A stretch of DNA of 63,680 nucleotides, filler included, from Pelomyxa schiedti (taxonomy: Eukaryota > Protista > Evosea): NCBI GenBank assembly GCA_020536535.1. It is 6 parts of 6 records of this genome, joined end to end, with 100 filler letters (N's around TTAATTAATTAA, not from the genome) between each part and the next. Parts side by side here need not be neighbours in the genome. Positions count along the whole stretch, not along the records: positions 60,777 to 63,680 come from JAHLWZ010001859.1; 5 more parts are not named here. The stretch is one strand, 5' to 3'. The translations under genes and the position numbers were made by a program. Below, one piece after another: positions 63,115-63,680 of this stretch (its first letter is position 1; each line of letters starts with the position of its first letter). The notes beneath the pieces are model-generated. The model did not search any database. It was not told the DNA's origin and was given only the letters and a program-made list of their open reading frames with translations.

Positions 63115-63198
63115 AGTGCCGGAAATGATCGCTTCAGTGCCGGAAATATCCGTCATGCTGGAAATGTCCGCTTCTGTGTCGGAAATATCCGCTTCAGT
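63115..63198. repeat. Imperfect ~21-bp tandem repeat, four copies
   Basis: Units resembling gcttcagtgccggaaatatcc. Confidence 0.75.
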
Positions 63199-63444
63199 AC
63201 AGGCTGATGTGCCATTCCACAACATCATGATCGCAACATAATCACGATTCCACCAAAATAATTACCCTTTTCACACATACAACCCTGCGTGCACGCCTTT
63301 TTCCAGTAATTCCATCAAGCCTGCATTGGATCTCAAGAATCGAGATTCGTACAGAGTCCACAGAGTCTCCCTGGAGCTCAACCTCGGGTACTTGCTAAAG
63401 TACAAAGTCTTCCAACAGAAGCTAACACAACTAGTTTTAAACTC

Positions 63445-63680
63445 TCATGCTCTCAAGAAACAAGAGAAAGGAGTGGAAGTGAGGTTGATGGAACTGAAAT
63501 CAGGAAAGGTGATTGTGAGGATCACGAAGCCCGTTGTTGGGTCAATCACATCAACCATGTTGGCAAACACATTGAACACGAATCCAGACTCTGCCATGAA
63601 CCCCCTCACGTGTTTGCCCCTGTGTTTTGTCTTGTTGCGTTTGAGTTCCTGAAGAACATCCAGAGGCACAGTGGGCTGAT
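63445..63680 (-). CDS. 3' end of hypothetical protein, probably same family as 53828-55090
   Basis: FMAESGFVFNV..VDVIDPTTGFVILTITF parallels the C-terminus of the 53828 ORF. Confidence 0.5.
   Translation of the reverse strand, partial: QPTVPLDVLQELKRNKTKHRGKHVRGFMAESGFVFNVFANMVDVIDPTTGFVILTITFPDFSSINLTSTPFSCFLRA

Overview
Eukaryotic (protist) draft-genome DNA with short spliceosomal introns and very tight gene packing. The gene families suggest an amoebozoan such as Pelomyxa; this is inference only. The window is not one continuous locus: six scaffolds are joined by artificial 100-nt N44-TTAATTAATTAA-N44 linkers, and there are two plain 100-N gaps. Recognisable genes: pallidin/BLOC1S6 (split), a cAMP-receptor-like GPCR, NUDT17-like Nudix, PSMD10-like ankyrin, TMEM147, type II thioesterase, RING/TRAF/SPRY protein, NAA30, TFIIIC Tau95, Cache-type class III adenylate cyclase, YqhD-like Fe-ADH, OCA2/P-protein-like transporter, major vault protein, a TRANK1-like double helicase (two versions), a SelO/MchC-like pseudokinase, a Ki-67-type FHA protein, a SEL1 + PINK1-like kinase, an amino-acid permease and a second SEL1 protein. 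The best candidate for a new system is the large protein built as [degenerate Upf1-like helicase]-[RelE-like domain]-[UvrD helicase]-[TPR-like region]. Its two versions form an assembly bubble with exact 121-bp shared ends and differ by about 8% at protein level, as expected for a polymorphic defence gene. Non-coding items: a ~440-bp inverted repeat pair, a 123-bp foldback element, a candidate structured RNA, abrupt GC-rich coding islands and a ~100-bp satellite. All protein identities come from motif recognition by eye, not database searches, and exon boundaries are approximate.
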